A stretch of 64,000 nt of DNA from Cetorhinus maximus. Lineage: Eukaryota. Below are positions 38,980 through 52,804 of this stretch, piece after piece. A model generated the notes under the pieces. That model saw only the letters and a list, made by a program, of their open reading frames with translations. It did no database searches and was not told the DNA's origin. Position 1 is the stretch's first letter; every line of letters starts with the position of its first letter. Position numbers and translations under genes: made by a program. Where the stretch lies: NCBI RefSeq assembly GCF_964194155.1, contig NC_135893.1, forward strand, positions 23,560,001 to 23,624,000, read 5' to 3'.

Positions 38980-39510
38980 AACTTGTATTTAAGTAACCCC
39001 TTTTAACACAGTAAAACATTCCAAGGTGCTTCACAAACCCCAAATTTGGCACCAGTGCACTGAATGGGATATTAGGACAGATTACCAAGAACTTGGTCAA
39101 GGAGGTGGGCTTTCAGGAACATTATAAAGGAGGCAACGGAGGTGGAGAGGTCTAAAGAGGGAATTCCAGAGCCTAAGGCTTTGGCAGCTGAAGGTATAGC
39201 CGCCAGTGGTGGAACAGTTAAAATTGGAGGCGTACAAGAGGCCAGAATTGGAGGTGCACAGATATCCCAGAGGGTTTTAGGGCTGGAAGATGTTACAGAG
39301 ATAGGTGTGGCAAGGCCATGGAGAGATTTGAAAGCAAGAATTAAAATTTTTTAATTTTAGATGTCGCGCTACTGTGACCCATTGTAGGTCAGTGAAGAGG
39401 GGTAAAGATTTGGTGCAAGTTTGGATATGGGCAGTAGAATTTTATGTGAACTTCAGTTTATGGGGGTGTAAAACGGGAAGGCAGCCGGCAATGTCTTGGA
39501 ATAGTCATGG
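38980..39510 (-). mobile_element. L2-like LINE 3' fragment
   Basis: Purine-rich plus-strand text (GGAATTCCAGAGC...GGCAGCTGAAGG...GGCCATGGAGAGATTTGAA). Related pieces near 31.7, 32.2 and 63.5 kb, and an RT-like remnant at 40.85-41.3 kb. Confidence 0.55.
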
Positions 39511-42479
39511 TTGAGAAACCCTGCTGAGAAAGAAACTTCTATTTTGATGCAAATACGGCGTTTGACCTTGTTTTACCAAGCGAGCTGCTATTGAGGAACC
39601 GGATCCTCCAGGCCTCAGTAGATAAAGTTTCCAATTAGATGAGGATTCTCTCTTTAGAATTGTTCCACAATAGCACAGCAAACCTACTGTCTTCCATGCA
39701 ACATACCATGTTTATCGCAACAGGTCTGTCATGGAGTAATTTAACAGCATGGGTCTGATAAAACAGAGTCTGGAATTGATTACACTTTAGGAAGTCAGTG
39801 CAAGAGTCTTGGGCTTTGGAAATCTCAGCTAGATTCTGGGAGTTTTATTTGTAAGCTTTGTGTAACTGAAAATGTTTACTGAATTGCACACTATTTAATT
39901 GCATGTGTGAGAAATGGTTGGTGAGAATCAACTGAGCAGGCAAAGTTGCACCATCCATCCATATTTAAGTTACAGAGAAACAAAATTCTTGCTATGCTGG
40001 AATAGAATGTCAATTGCTGCCTTCATTTGTATTGATTGAGAATATATTGGAGGCACAGTGTGTGCAATAGAACTCGGGCAACCACAAAACTGGCAGTTCC
40101 TCCTCTCTAATATGTCATTGTGATGAGACTCCAAGCATCTCTTGCATCCAACCCTCACTCCATACTTTTGCTTTCCATCTCCATCGCTGGCTACATTGTG
40201 TCTTCAGTTGGGTGCAGGCCATTGACCTCCCAGCTGGGGAACGTTGCTGGGTGAGAAAAATAACATGGGCAGAAATATAATCTTAATTTATAAATCGATT
40301 GGTTTATACGTAGATAAATATTTACTTGGGCACATCTAACAATTATGATGTGCAGAATCCCACTAATTACATACAGAAAGGGACTGTTAACTGCTGAATC
40401 CACAGACGGATTGCCACGCCAGCTGGTTAACGTCACACCGCTGAGCCCTCTGTGTGAAACCACAGAGCATATGTTTCTGGGAACATGGAGATAGCCAGAC
40501 TCAGTGCCATTGCTGTTGCTGCTGGACATGTACTGTTAGTGTTTCCTCTGTTTCAACTCTGTTTATCATTCAAACTGATGCATTAGCTGCACTGATCCCT
40601 GCTTCATGTAACTGTCCATTTGCTGATTCATTGTTGTCTCTATGATGCGGCATGTCTTGGCTCTGATACTGTAGTAGGGCTTTAGCATCTCCACCCTGGT
40701 TTTAATATCTTTCTGACTGTCGCATGGGCCCCAACACCCTGGCCAGATACTGTTCCTTCAGAAAGATTGAACAAGCAATTTGACTGGGGAGGTGGGCACT
40801 GTCTGTACCATCCTACTTCACTGGGTTTCCTCTGTTGCCTAGCTGAATGTGATTGCGTTAACTTGCTTCCACTTCTCCCTATCAAATGGTAGCCAGAGCC
40901 TATTTAGCCAGGGTTTATTTTCTTGCCACTGCATTGTTACCTCTGGGTCCCCCAAGTATCTGTCCTTGGCCTCCATTTACATGCTACCTGCGGCAACATC
41001 ATCCGAAGCTGTGGGGTCAGCTTCTATATATATATGCTGATAACACCTAGTTCTACCTCTCCACCACCTCCCTCTACCCCTTCACTGCCTCTCTGCTGTC
41101 AGACTGCTTGTCCAACATCCAGTTTAAGATCTGCATAATCCTTGGGATAATTGTTGGGAAAGTAAAGACCATTTATTTTTAGCCCCTGCTACAAACTTTG
41201 TATCCTTTCCACTGATTCTTAGTCTTTTGCCTGTCCACTGTCTCAGACTGGTCACAACTTTGGCAGCTTATTCAACATTGAGCTTAGCCTCCAACTCCTT
41301 TTGTAAAATTTCCCCTGTCATCATCCTTACCTTTCAATATCATTGTCCTGTATCCTGGGACAGAATAAGGAGTTGATTCACACTGCTTCCAGTCTGTGTC
41401 ACATGTAATTATTGGTGTTAACTGTGCCCAATTATTTATAGGTAACGTTTCTTAAATTAATTTCTTTAATTTAGTTTTATCGGATTATCTTGCTCTGTTC
41501 AGGGGTTAAAAAATTGCTTGTACGCCAAACCTGTGTGCCACTCCTCAGCATATCTCTTTTGGCTCTGCATCCATTTGTGGCTAATTGCGCCTTTGTGAAG
41601 TACTTTGGAATGATTTTCTACATTGAAGGAATTACATAAATGCAAATTGTGCCTACCTAATGTCCTTATGTGTGCAGCGTTCACTGGATAACATTCGGGA
41701 GCGAGAACCTTGGCTAGTTTTATTTCTCCCTCTCTCCACTCTAGTTTAGAGATGTTGGGGTTAATTGTAATGCCTGCACTGCAACAGCCGGATGCTGACC
41801 CTAGTCAGTGTGGTTCAGTCTCATACTGGTAGTGTCCATTTACTAGGTGGTGTAGAGTTCACACTATTTTCCTAAAGGGTGTTGACTTTGCAAATTTATT
41901 TGCTGAATCTAACATTATTCTAGAATACCAAATAAATGATGGGATTATTTGCTGACATGGTTTTACCAAGAAACACGAAATCAGTCTGAACCATGCTGGA
42001 GGTGCGTGCCAACTATGTGTCACGTGATCAGAGAACTGTGATGTGGAGGAAGAATTGGAACAAATGCAGGAAGGAAACATCTCTAACAAGAAGTAGAACC
42101 TACAAGCAATTTTTTAAAACTCCAGATCAGAGCAAGATAATCCATTACAACTAAATGAAAAAAACAGTTTAAGAAAGGTTACCTATAAATAATTGGACAT
42201 AGTTACCACCAATAATTATATGTGACACAGACTGGACGCTGTGTGAAACAATTCCTTATTCTGTCCCAGGATACAGAACTGTGATATTGAAACAGGAATA
42301 AGCCATTCAGCCCTAAAGCCTGTTCTGCCATTTAATTAGGTCATGGCTGAAAGGTCAGGAATAAATAAGCATTCACTTATGACATTTCTTGACAATTTCT
42401 CTACTGGTTCAATTGCTTCATTCATAGGCCAGGATAGAAGTGGGCCAAAACAGACCACAGAAATTCCAGGTTCTCCTCC

Positions 42480-43120
42480 TCTTCTTCGGCAGTTCCTCAG
42501 GATTGAGGATGACATGCTTCCACTCTGGTTCCATGAGTTCTAAAATGACTGATAAGTCCAACACATCTGCAGATTCTGCCACATGCGGGCAGGTGGTGCT
42601 TGGAAGGTCAGGTAGATGGGTTGTTTGGAAGTTTGTGTGCCCTCTCCAGTGTCTCAACTTTGCCTCTGTGTTCCCGACAATGTCTCTCAATGTGTTCGCT
42701 GTCTTCCTGAATGAACGTTTTGTTTGGTCACAGCCCAGGGACTTCTATGAGTCGGTAGGGATGTTTGACCTTTTCAGGGATGCTTTGAGAACATCCCTGT
42801 AGCGTTTCTGTTGTCCTCCTTGGAGTCTCCTGCCACAAAAGAGTTCTGAGTAGAGCAGTTGCTTTGGGAGTCTGCTGTCAAACATGTGAATGACATGTCT
42901 TGGCCAACAGAGCTGGTTTCGAGTGATTAGTGACTCGATGCTGGACATGTTGGCTTGGGAAAGGGCACTGTTGAACTGCCTTTCTTGCCATCAGATTTGG
43001 AGGATCTTGCAAACACCCTGCTGATGGCACTCCTCTGGGTTTGAGGTGCCTACTGTTGGTTGTCCAAGTCTCTGAAGCACGTAGGAGTGTGGGGATACTG
43101 CTGTCCAGTAAACCATCACC
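42480..43120 (-). mobile_element. RTE-clade LINE 3' fragment
   Basis: SIESLITRNQLCWPRHVIHMFDSRLPKQLLYSEL...GGQQKRYRDVLKASLK is the characteristic RTE ORF C-terminus. Confidence 0.85.
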
Positions 43121-45231
43121 TAAGTTCTAATATTGTCTTGACTGACTTAGCTGATCATTGCCATTGTGGAAGTTAGGTGTGTTCAACTGGTATGGGAAAG
43201 GGAAAATTAGCCAGCCTTTCTGCTCCTGATTACAATTCACTCACTCCTGCTTGAAAATGCCTTTCTGTGGACATGAGGATTGGGTTAGCTCTCCTTCATT
43301 GCAGTCAAATAACTGGTCCAGGTTCATGCATGAAGGGTGAGCACTTGAGTAGCCTCCTTCCTGGAGGGCATCTTGAAAGGATCACTGTCTTCAGGAGAGA
43401 TGGGGGAATGTAATATTTTTTTTAAAAATTAGGTTCAACATTTTAATGCATTGATCCAAAGTCAGCATCCACATGAGCTGTGAGCAGAGTTTTTATGTAC
43501 AGGTGCAGGAGATATCCCTTGTATTCCCCATATGTGTGAGACATAGGTTTTTAATAGTCGCAAATACTAAAAGAGAAATATTTAGTGCCTTTCATATCCT
43601 GAAGACATCCCAGATCACTTTACAGCCATCCAAATTATAGTACCTTAAACAGTCCAGTACTCCCTCATTACTGCACTCGAGTGTCAGTCCAGATTTTGTG
43701 TTTGAGTCTTTGGAGTGGGTCTTTTTTATTCAACCACTCTGCACAGGGCAGCCAAAGATTGGGGTTGAACTGTAACTAAAGGTTAAGGAGCAACCCTTTA
43801 AGGTAACTATACAAGGACTGCAACCTATCAAACTGAATATGTACATGTGCCATGGACTCATCTAGGCTGCAAAAATCAGATACTACCTGGGAATCCGTGA
43901 AGATGCTTTAAACAAAACAGTTGAATGCTACTGTTCCATGTAACACACTCCACCCCAAATCCTCAGCGATGCAGGGTTGGATTCCTGCATTGAAAGCCCT
44001 GTATTGGCCCCCTTTAGAAAAATGATGTGCCAGGATGGGGGAAAGGTGAGGAAGTGGAGAGTGTGCACAATACACCTGTACAGGAAACCCCTGTGGAATA
44101 CGATGGAGTAGTTTCTGTGAGATGGCTCAAGTTATGTGGCACAGGCTCCTGAGTAAGGTTTTGAGGTCTCCCACCAATGAGAAACTCCACCCAAGTGAGT
44201 GCAAATCAGGCTGAACCTCTCCACACACTTCTCGACGCATGTAACCGAGTGTGAGGTTCAACAGCTGTGACTTTGGGCACGGTTTGGGTGCAGCACCTGG
44301 ACATCAGTCATGGTTCCGGTGACATAAATTTTACTTTGCTGCCATTTATTACGTCCTGACTCTGCCTGGGCCCTCAGCTCCATCACCTATGTGTTGCCCA
44401 CGCCAGCTACACAGAAGTGTTGTTTGTCACCTGGCTGCTCTGTGAAGCCAGCCACTTCCTCTGCCATCTGAATGTAATCACGTTTCAGAGCCTGATAAGA
44501 TCTTGTTAAAAGACAGGAAAGTCACATGAGGTTGTGTGTACACACCATGCAGCTTGGTGAAAAGGAACTGCTAATCATTGCTCCGTTATTTTACCTGACA
44601 AAAGAAAATCATAGCCAGCGCATACCATTTGACAGGATCTTCCACCTTGAGATATTTCTGCAGGGTCTGAAGGCACAGAGGCAGCAGCATCTGACTGCAA
44701 ACAGGAAACCCAGAACCCCAGCAGAAATACAAGGCCTCCTTTATCCTAGAAGAAATTGATGAGCTTGCCCTGAATCTTGGTGACAAACATAGGAGGGATA
44801 AAAGTGATCAAACAGTATCATAGCATAGTGGCCACTGATTGGTTTAAGACCTGCGATCAACCCCACCTCTGGAGTGGGACTTGAACCCACAACTTTCTGA
44901 CTCTGAAGTGCAAGTGCTACCCACTGGAGCACAGTTGAAACCCAATTTACCAGATTAAGCGGTTAGAATGTAAGGATTCATTTTAACTTTCTGTATTTCT
45001 TTTAATTTTTATTTCACCTTGATTGTGCTAGCTTGGGAGAAATGCTTTTTTTCTGGCCTGTATGCATGGAATCTGTGACTAGTTTTAAACGTGGAGTTTC
45101 TGTATCGCACATTCTTGATGGCAAAAGGAGGAAGAGAAACTGAAAGCCATTACTAGGATGTGCTTGGGTCGTGTTTCATTATATCCATTTGCTCCTGGAG
45201 TGGATTGTATCTTTTTAATTTTTTTTGTACT

Positions 45232-46136
45232 TGTTATGGCACAGCGGATGGTAAACGCTGAGCTGCTCAAATCCCAGAGGAAAACTTGAAACAGCTGCCA
45301 CAACTGTTTTGCCATTTGTATTTTTACTTTGAGATGTGTGCGTTGAATTCAGTAGCAATAAGTCCACCGAGTCTCAGAGGTTTTTTACAAAACTAAATTA
45401 AACATTTATAAATAAAATAAATGATTTTAAGCACATAAATAGGTCTACAAATTACAACTATGATAACTCCTATATCCCCTAATTAATCTAGCTCCCAGTT
45501 ACACCTCCGTTAAGGCAATAGTAAACCAACATAGATTTCAACAGACCCAGGCAAAGCACACAATACCCTGGACAGTGATATTTAAAATGAGTTCTCTTAG
45601 CTTCTGTTCCTGGAGGTAGCAGCTTGGTACATAGAGGCTGGAGGTTTTTCACACTTGTTAGATCTTAGAATGCCGCCTTTTTACACATAACCTCATCTCC
45701 TTTGTACAGGTTTCTCCCTTTTTAATGTAAATCCCATTGCCCAATATGTCTTTGCAACTTTATTTTTTCCATAATATAGATCTTTCATAGCACTCATATA
45801 ATCAGTAATCTTTGGGGAAAAATAAACACACTGTTTGGCTTAGCCTCTGTTGGCTAGGTGTAGCACCTTACCATCTCTTTGAAATTCACCACTCGGGTTT
45901 ATCTAAAAATGCAAATGTTCTTCACACCTCCCATTGTAAAACTTCAATCGTGTTTGTGTATTTAGCATTTCAAATCTAGTTTCCCTTCTGATACATCAAA
46001 GCACCCAGACTAGCTGTCAGTAATTCAATTAAAACCGCCACACACCTATACACAGAAACTAATCCAAACCCCGCTATTAACTTACCTTTACAATAAATTA
46101 CAATAATATTATGAAAATTATTATAATTTCATGACA
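45232..46136. mobile_element. Solo LTR (905 bp), orientation probably minus
   Basis: Termini TGTTAT...ATGACA form a short TG..CA inverted repeat, flanked by an exact 4-bp TSD TACT (45228-45231 and 46137-46140). No coding content. Confidence 0.75.
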
Positions 46137-47383
46137 TACTCAACAATTTTGTGTGCAGAATACAAAACTGAGCATAGATAGCAATGCCATAGAACAATTG
46201 AATTGTTTAACTGTGCAAGCTCCTGAAAATTAATGAGCCTGGTACACTGCCAAACCTTCTTGTGTTTCCGGCTTTGTCTTCAGTAACTGAAACACACAAG
46301 CCCATGGGTTCCAAGAAAACTACCCAAATTGCATTGTTTAGAGAGGCAACAAGGGGATTTTTCAAACTCTATTATGCATATCTCATAAGAAATTGAGCCA
46401 AACACGAGTCATATGACCCTGATGATCCCAGGTTTGATCCCTAGTCATTGCTTAGTGATCTGATCAGAGCCAAGGCAGCAATTTGACGTCCCCAGCTTAA
46501 GGCAGACAATAAACCAGCTAGGATTTCTGATCACTAACTAATGAAGGTTCCTGGAAAATGCAGCTGTGTGGACATTAGAGAAGGGCAGGGTGAAACTCGG
46601 CTGATATGGCCTCCGCTGTTGGAATAAAGTGGTAATGTTATTTGGAGTTATATATGAATAATGACCACTAGCCTGAGATATCTGGGCCTGTGGAACAGTG
46701 TGCGACAACGAATCAATGTCCCTAGATCATAATTATGTGATCAAGGAGGATGATCACACTTCTCCGCTTTGCTCTGGGTGATCATGTCGAGTACTTGAAG
46801 TTACTCTTAAACAAGTTTTGGATGGGAGAAACATTGCATTGTAAATTGATGACTTCTGGGAGAAAATATTCTTTAGAATAGTGGACTACATAATGGGGTG
46901 CTGAAGTGTTCAGATGTAGGCCTGTAAGTAATTCCGTGCACCAAATTATATCTGGGCCAATCTGACTATTTTGGAAACTAACAAGTTATGTGGTGGGAGA
47001 ACATTATGATGTGCTTTTAGTACTAACCAAAGAATAAACTCTCCAGCTTAGGTTCAACCTGACTAATGGTGCGGGTACTGGCCTCAGGTCGTTGCCTGTT
47101 ACTCAAACACGCCTAACAACAACATTTTATATTTATGTGGCATCTTAACATCGTAAAACATTCAAAAAAAAAATTCAGATGTTGAGAGATAAACCTACGA
47201 GCGTGTTTGTGTGCCAGAAGTGTGAAGGGCTGACTAATGTGAATGCGTTGACTGCTGATTATGATTGGCGTCCATCATTCAATATATAAAAATCAATGTT
47301 GCCATACACAGTAGCACTGATGAGCAGAGGGTGTTTTGTTTCTGAGTACCTTTGCTGTAAGACTGTCCCCTTTTCCTGCTCAG

Positions 47384-47484
47384 AGCTGCAGATTGGAAGT
47401 TGGACCAACCTGACTGGACCGGGAGACTCCGGATAACAGCGAAAGGAAATATTGCCTACATTAAGTTGGAAGATAGGAATTCAG
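47384..47484 (+). CDS. necap2: NECAP2 exon 2 (PHear domain)
   Basis: [33 protein letters not shown]; ttttcctgctcag| and G|GTATTT. Confidence 0.95.
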
Positions 47485-48070
47485 GTATTTGCTGCAACTC
47501 AAACATTCAAATTGACTGTGAGATGATGGGTGTTCAGTTCAGAGAGCCCAGTTATAACTTTGAATCCTCCACAGAAAACTTTCTCCCACCACCCCAAAAA
47601 AAAGTATACATACTGTTCAGGCCCAATGGAGTGCCCTGTTCACATTACACTCAAGGAGGTAAGCTCAATAAAGGTGAATGCACTCTGTCAACATAAAATT
47701 TTTTGAATAGGCAGCAGAGACTACTGATTGTCACCGTGATTTTAGCATGTTGCAAGGGAGCTTCGTGCTGTCTTGTAATACTTCTCCCATGATATCATCA
47801 AATGAAATAGCAGTGCCCATGTTCCTGACATCAAAATATTTACTGTAATGTGATTATTCAAGGTACCTGGCCTAACTGTATGTGGGAAAGCACTTGTTTC
47901 CTGAAAGGTGTGTTTTGATAACTACATGTGTTTAGCAAGTATGCTCTGTAGTGAGTTCTTGAGGCCGCATTAGCCGCTGTAGAAAATTGTCTTTGGATGA
48001 CTCAAGTTGTTGCTGATATGCTAGTTGAAATGCTATTTAACCTTGTATTGTTGGCTTATTTTCTCCTCAG

Positions 48071-48175
48071 GAGAGTTGTTTGCACAGTCCCCAGTGGACC
48101 AGTTTCCTGGGATTGCAGTTGAGAGTGTTGTCGACTCAAGCAGATACTTTGTAATTCGTATTGAAGATGGAAATG
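48071..48175 (+). CDS. necap2: NECAP2 exon 3
   Basis: [35 protein letters not shown]; ttctcctcag| and G|GTAATT. Confidence 0.95.
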
Positions 48176-48799
48176 GTAATTTTACTTTGGGGTTTTATTC
48201 AGGCCCTGTGTCTGAAGCTCTTAGCTCTTCAGCATTTCACTAATGTACTGAAAGATGTGGATTTTTGCACGATTTTGGCATTCAGGGTAACTTGTGAATG
48301 TTTTTGTTGGATTATGTGGCTTCAGCTGCCAAAAGCGATTCACAGCATCTTCAGCATTACAATTAATTTATACTTCCATGTTCCATTAGAAGACTGTCTA
48401 TATTGTGACCAGTGATTACAAGTGGGAAGTAACACAATAAGGGCAAAAGAGACCAAGCATAAAAGAATGAATTTATATTTATATTGTGCCTTATTGAATG
48501 CCTCAGAGAATCGCTGAATAGTTCACAGAAAATAAATTGTTTTCATTCCTGACATGCACCAATGTTCCCTCTAATTTCAATAACAACATCTTGTATTTAC
48601 ATCACTTTTAATGTAATATTACTTCCTACAGCGTTTAAAAACCTTCACATTGTACTGCTCATTTGTTGCTACACGCTCCCTTTTAAATCGCCGCCTGGCT
48701 GCACAAACTTGCATATTAAAGGGACGACTGCTTTTGACAACTTGGCCCCTATGTAGCTCATTCCCGATTGATGCCTACTCGTGCAGCTTAGAGAAAACA

Positions 48800-49075
48800 T
48801 TGGTGTGCATTGCTATTTGTACATGAACACAAACTATTTCGCACATAGATCCCTCAAATAATAAGATTAGTTAACCTGATTTGGCTGTTGGTTGACCAGG
48901 AGCTTGCTGCAGTTCTTTGAATAGTGCCATGGGTTCCTTAATGTCCACCTGAATGGGCAGAAAGAACCTTAACTTAATACGTCACCTGAACGATGGTATC
49001 TAAAACACTGCAGCCCTACCTCAGTCTAGAACATGTGCTCAAGACCTAAGACTGCGATACAAACCCACAACCTTC
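48800..49075 (-). mobile_element. Deu-like SINE, decayed
   Basis: TAGTGCCATGGG..CTTAATGTCCACCTGA...GTGCTCAAG...AACCCACAACCTTC motifs as in the other copies. Confidence 0.55.
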
Positions 49076-49441
49076 AAAAGAGGGGAGAGAAAAATAATAT
49101 ATTAATGGCAATTTTAACCTACATTGTAGGTTGAAGTACAGATTGTAATTTTAAAGTATTGTAAGCAGAGCTTTCACTGTTACTTTACATTATTAAGTAA
49201 TGAGGGGTGGGGAAACAAGATCGTTTCACACATATCCCTTCTTTCCCCCATATATCAGTGAATAGTGAACAGACCTGCATTCACTGGTTTTTTTTCTCCT
49301 TCCCTAGCTTAGGGAGACAAAGGCCAATTGTGTCCGTTACCAGATTCCTTCCCCGCAACCCAGCCATCACCTCCTGCCAGACTCTGATCAACTCTGCCCA
49401 AAAGTGGTCAAACCTGTAGACAGTATGCCTTAAGAGTATCA

Positions 49442-50357
49442 CATAGAAACTAGGAGCAGGAGTAGGCCATTCGGCCCTTGGAGCCTGCTCCGCCATTCAT
49501 TATGATCATGGCTAATCATCCAACTCAATAGCCTGCACCCACTTTCTCCCCATACCCTTTGATCCCTTTCGCCCCAAGAGCTATATCTAACTCCTTCTTG
49601 AAAACATACAATGTTTTGGTCTCAACTACTTTCTGTGATAACGAATTCCACAGGCTCACCACTCTCTGGGTGAAGAAATTTCTCCTCATCTCAGTCCTAA
49701 ATGGTCTACCCCATATCCTCAGACTGTGACCCCCTGGTTCTGGACTCCCCCACCATCGGGAACATCCTTCCTGCATCTACCCTGTCTAGACTTGTTAGAA
49801 TTTTATAGGTTTCTATGAGATCCCCCCCCCTCATTCTTCTGAACTCCAGCGAATATAATCCTAATCGACTCAATCTCTCCTCATACGTCAGTCCCGCCAT
49901 CCCAGGAATCAGTCGGGTAAACCTTCGCTGCGCTCCCTCTATAGCAAGTACATCCTCAGATAAGGAGACCAAAACTGCACACAATATTCCAGGTGTGGTC
50001 TCACCAAGGCCCTGTACAATTGCAGCAAAACATCCCTGTTCCTGTACTCTAATCCTCTGGCTATGAAGGCCAACATACCATTTGCCTTCTTTACCGCCTG
50101 CTGCACCTGCATGCTTACCTTCAGCGACTGGTGTACAAGGACACCCAGGTCTCGTTGCACATTCCCCTCTCTCAATTTATAGCCATTCCAATAATAATCT
50201 GCCTTCCTGTTTTTGTTACCAAAATGGATAACCTCACATTTATCCACATTATACTGCATCTGCCATGCATTTGCCCACTCACTCAGCTTGTCCAAATCAC
50301 ATTGAACCATCTCTGCATCCTCCTCACAGCTCACCCTTCCACAGCTTTGTGTCATCT
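49442..50357 (-). mobile_element. Relatively young 5'-truncated CR1 LINE
   Basis: Overlapping ORFs give DLDKLSEWANAWQMQYNVDKCEVIHFG...RPHLEYCVQFWSP, QRRFTRLIPGM...LYSLEFRR and RRNFFTQRVVSLWNSL; 3' UTR present. Confidence 0.92.
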
Positions 50358-50589
50358 AACACCAGGTGACTTTACCCACAAGGCTGTAAGAGAACCCACT
50401 ATGTAACTAGGTTAGGGCAATTTAAATTTGTGAGACTTGCAGTCCCCATATACACATGTAAAATATGGAAATTAAATATTGAAGTGTTGTTATCTACACA
50501 ATCTTGTATCTGCATGTACTCTTCAATTTGTATTGTGCAACTGGTGACCTCAAAAACAGCAACCTCCAGGTTTACATCAGCGAGTTCAC

Positions 50590-50895
50590 ACAGTTGAGGG
50601 ATGAGCTAATCGAGATATTTAAAATGACTAAGGAATTAACTAGGGTCGATACCTAGATCCTTTCCTCTGATGTGTGAATCCAGAATAAGAGAACATAATC
50701 ATAAAATTAGTGCTAGGCCATTAAGGGGTGCAATAAGGAAATACTTTCTCACTCACAGGGTAGTGGAAATCTGAACTCTCTGTCGCAATAGGCTGTGCAT
50801 TCTGGGTCAGTTAATCAGGAGCAAAGGCAGGTAAATGAAGTTGAAGTACAAATCAGCTACAACATAAATGCTGAAATAGGTTGGAGGGGCTGATT
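50590..50895 (+). mobile_element. CR1 3' fragment
   Basis: Decayed LIEIFK...FFTHRVVEIWNSL-like segment and CR1 tail. Confidence 0.6.
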
Positions 50896-51048
50896 GGCTC
50901 ACTGTAGTCTCTTGAGTGAAAAAGTTATGGGTGGTACTTTAAGGTTATCTCTCGGTCGCATTGATAAGGCCACTCTCTACTGCCTGGAAAGAGGATGCGT
51001 AAGATGTGAAATACTGTATCATTTGACAAAACCTGTTTCACTTTCCAG

Positions 51049-51130
51049 GGCGGCGAGCATTCATCGGCATTGGATTTGTTGACCGGGGAGATGCTTTTGA
51101 TTTTAATGTCGGTCTCCAGGATCACTTCAA
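51049..51130 (+). CDS. necap2: NECAP2 exon 4
   Basis: [27 protein letters not shown](K); ctttccag| and |GTAAGT. Confidence 0.95.
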
Positions 51131-51549
51131 GTAAGTTGCTTGACATCGCAGTCCTGACAAATTTTGATTAAGGACTTCCGAAGAGATGGATCAAACATTG
51201 AGATCGAGAAATTGCAAAACCTGTCAAAAGTCCATGGAGCAAATTGTAGTAGGGTTTTAATATATTCTTAATCACAAAAGAAAGATCATATTTCCATGTT
51301 TCAACTCTAATGGCAGAAACTACAGCACTGTGCTAGCTTCGTTTTGGAACCTTTCAAAGTACTCGTACACCGAACACTTGGACATCCTGGAATGAATCGT
51401 ATGACTCAAATCACTGATGAAGACAGTGCAACAAAATAAACGTCTAAATTTCTTTTTTCCTTAATTTAATTTTAAGATCTAATTTTTATTGTGATTTACA
51501 AAGCTTCAGCTATTCCAAAGCAACAGGTTGCATTTCCTTTGTTTTGTAG

Positions 51550-51658
51550 ATGGGTTAAGCAGCAGAGTGAACTCGCCAAACAAGCTCAGAATCCAGACTC
51601 CGGACCCAAATTGGACTTGGGGTTTAAAGAGGGACAGACCATCAAGCTAAATATTGGG
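51550..51658 (+). CDS. necap2: NECAP2 exon 5
   Basis: [36 protein letters not shown]; ttttgtag| and |GTGAGG. Confidence 0.95.
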
Positions 51659-52647
51659 GTGAGGCACAGCAGAAGCATCTATTATTTAAGACAAGATTAT
51701 GTAACCAGAGGTCAAAAATTTAAACAACAAAAAGTAAATTTAAATCGGATACAAGAACATGCACAGTATGATAAATGCATGGGATACCAGGCCTGCCTGA
51801 TTTTAATAGTATCCAGAGCAAACTTGGGTACTGGTGAGGTGGGGCTTCAGTAGAGAGAGAGTTAAAGAAATGGAGAAGATGGGGAGTCTGAGTACTGCGT
51901 AGGTGCATTTCGGTGAGACAATAAGAGCAAAGTGGGTAGGCCCTTTAATGGGAGAGTTTGTGTGGGGGAAAAATGGGTTTTGGTGGATAATTTGAGTGGA
52001 GGGACAGACTGGAAAATTCATGCAGCAAAGAACTGTGGCTCTGTAACAAGTAAGAACTGACGTATGCAAATTATGTCATAGCAATATGATAAGGCAGAGA
52101 GTTCTATAAGTAGAATTCTGACCATATTTCTGTGGTATGTGGATTTTTATTCTTGTTATGGTTGGTGATAACCGCAAGTATAAATGTGCTATAATATGGC
52201 CTGTTTTCACTTGAGGCCAGGGGAGTGGGGGTGGGAAGCAGATGTGTGCCTCATAAAATCTTCCAACAAATAAGGCAGGTACCAAATTCGATTCCTGATC
52301 TGTGCAGAATTAACTGCTGTTAGTAGGGATATCAACTGTCCCTTGAGCTAAGGAAGTGAAACGTTAACCAGTGATCCTGCTCATTGTTATTCAAAGAGAT
52401 TGCTGGAAAGTACATGCATCAATGTCAACGAGGACAGAATTGGACCATGGTCAAATAGCCTACATTGCTTGTATGGGCCAGGTATGAAAAGACATCTGGC
52501 AAGCATGTGTCAATATTGCAGTTTAAGCCAGCACTTGCATGCAAGGTGAAGGGGAGAAAATTGAAACTTGTCATGTTTCATGTTGTTTGTTGTTTATGCA
52601 ATTTTAGCTTCATCAAAACCAAATTTTCAACACGTTTTCATTTTCAG

Positions 52648-52804
52648 AATGTACGGAAGAAGGAAAACTCATCAATTAAGCCTCGTCTACCAGGTACTGG
52701 AATAGGCCTACTCCCACCACCTCCAGGGGCTAAAACGCCAATCCTGCTCCCACCGCCAGGGTCACAGGGTATGATGCAACAGCCTATGCACTCACCTCCT
52801 GCAG
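52648..52804 (+). CDS. necap2: NECAP2 exon 6 (proline-rich)
   Basis: NVRKKENSSIKPRLPGTGIGLLPPPPGAKTPILLPPPG...; ttttcattttcag| and CAG|GTATAG; phase fits exon 7. Confidence 0.88.
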
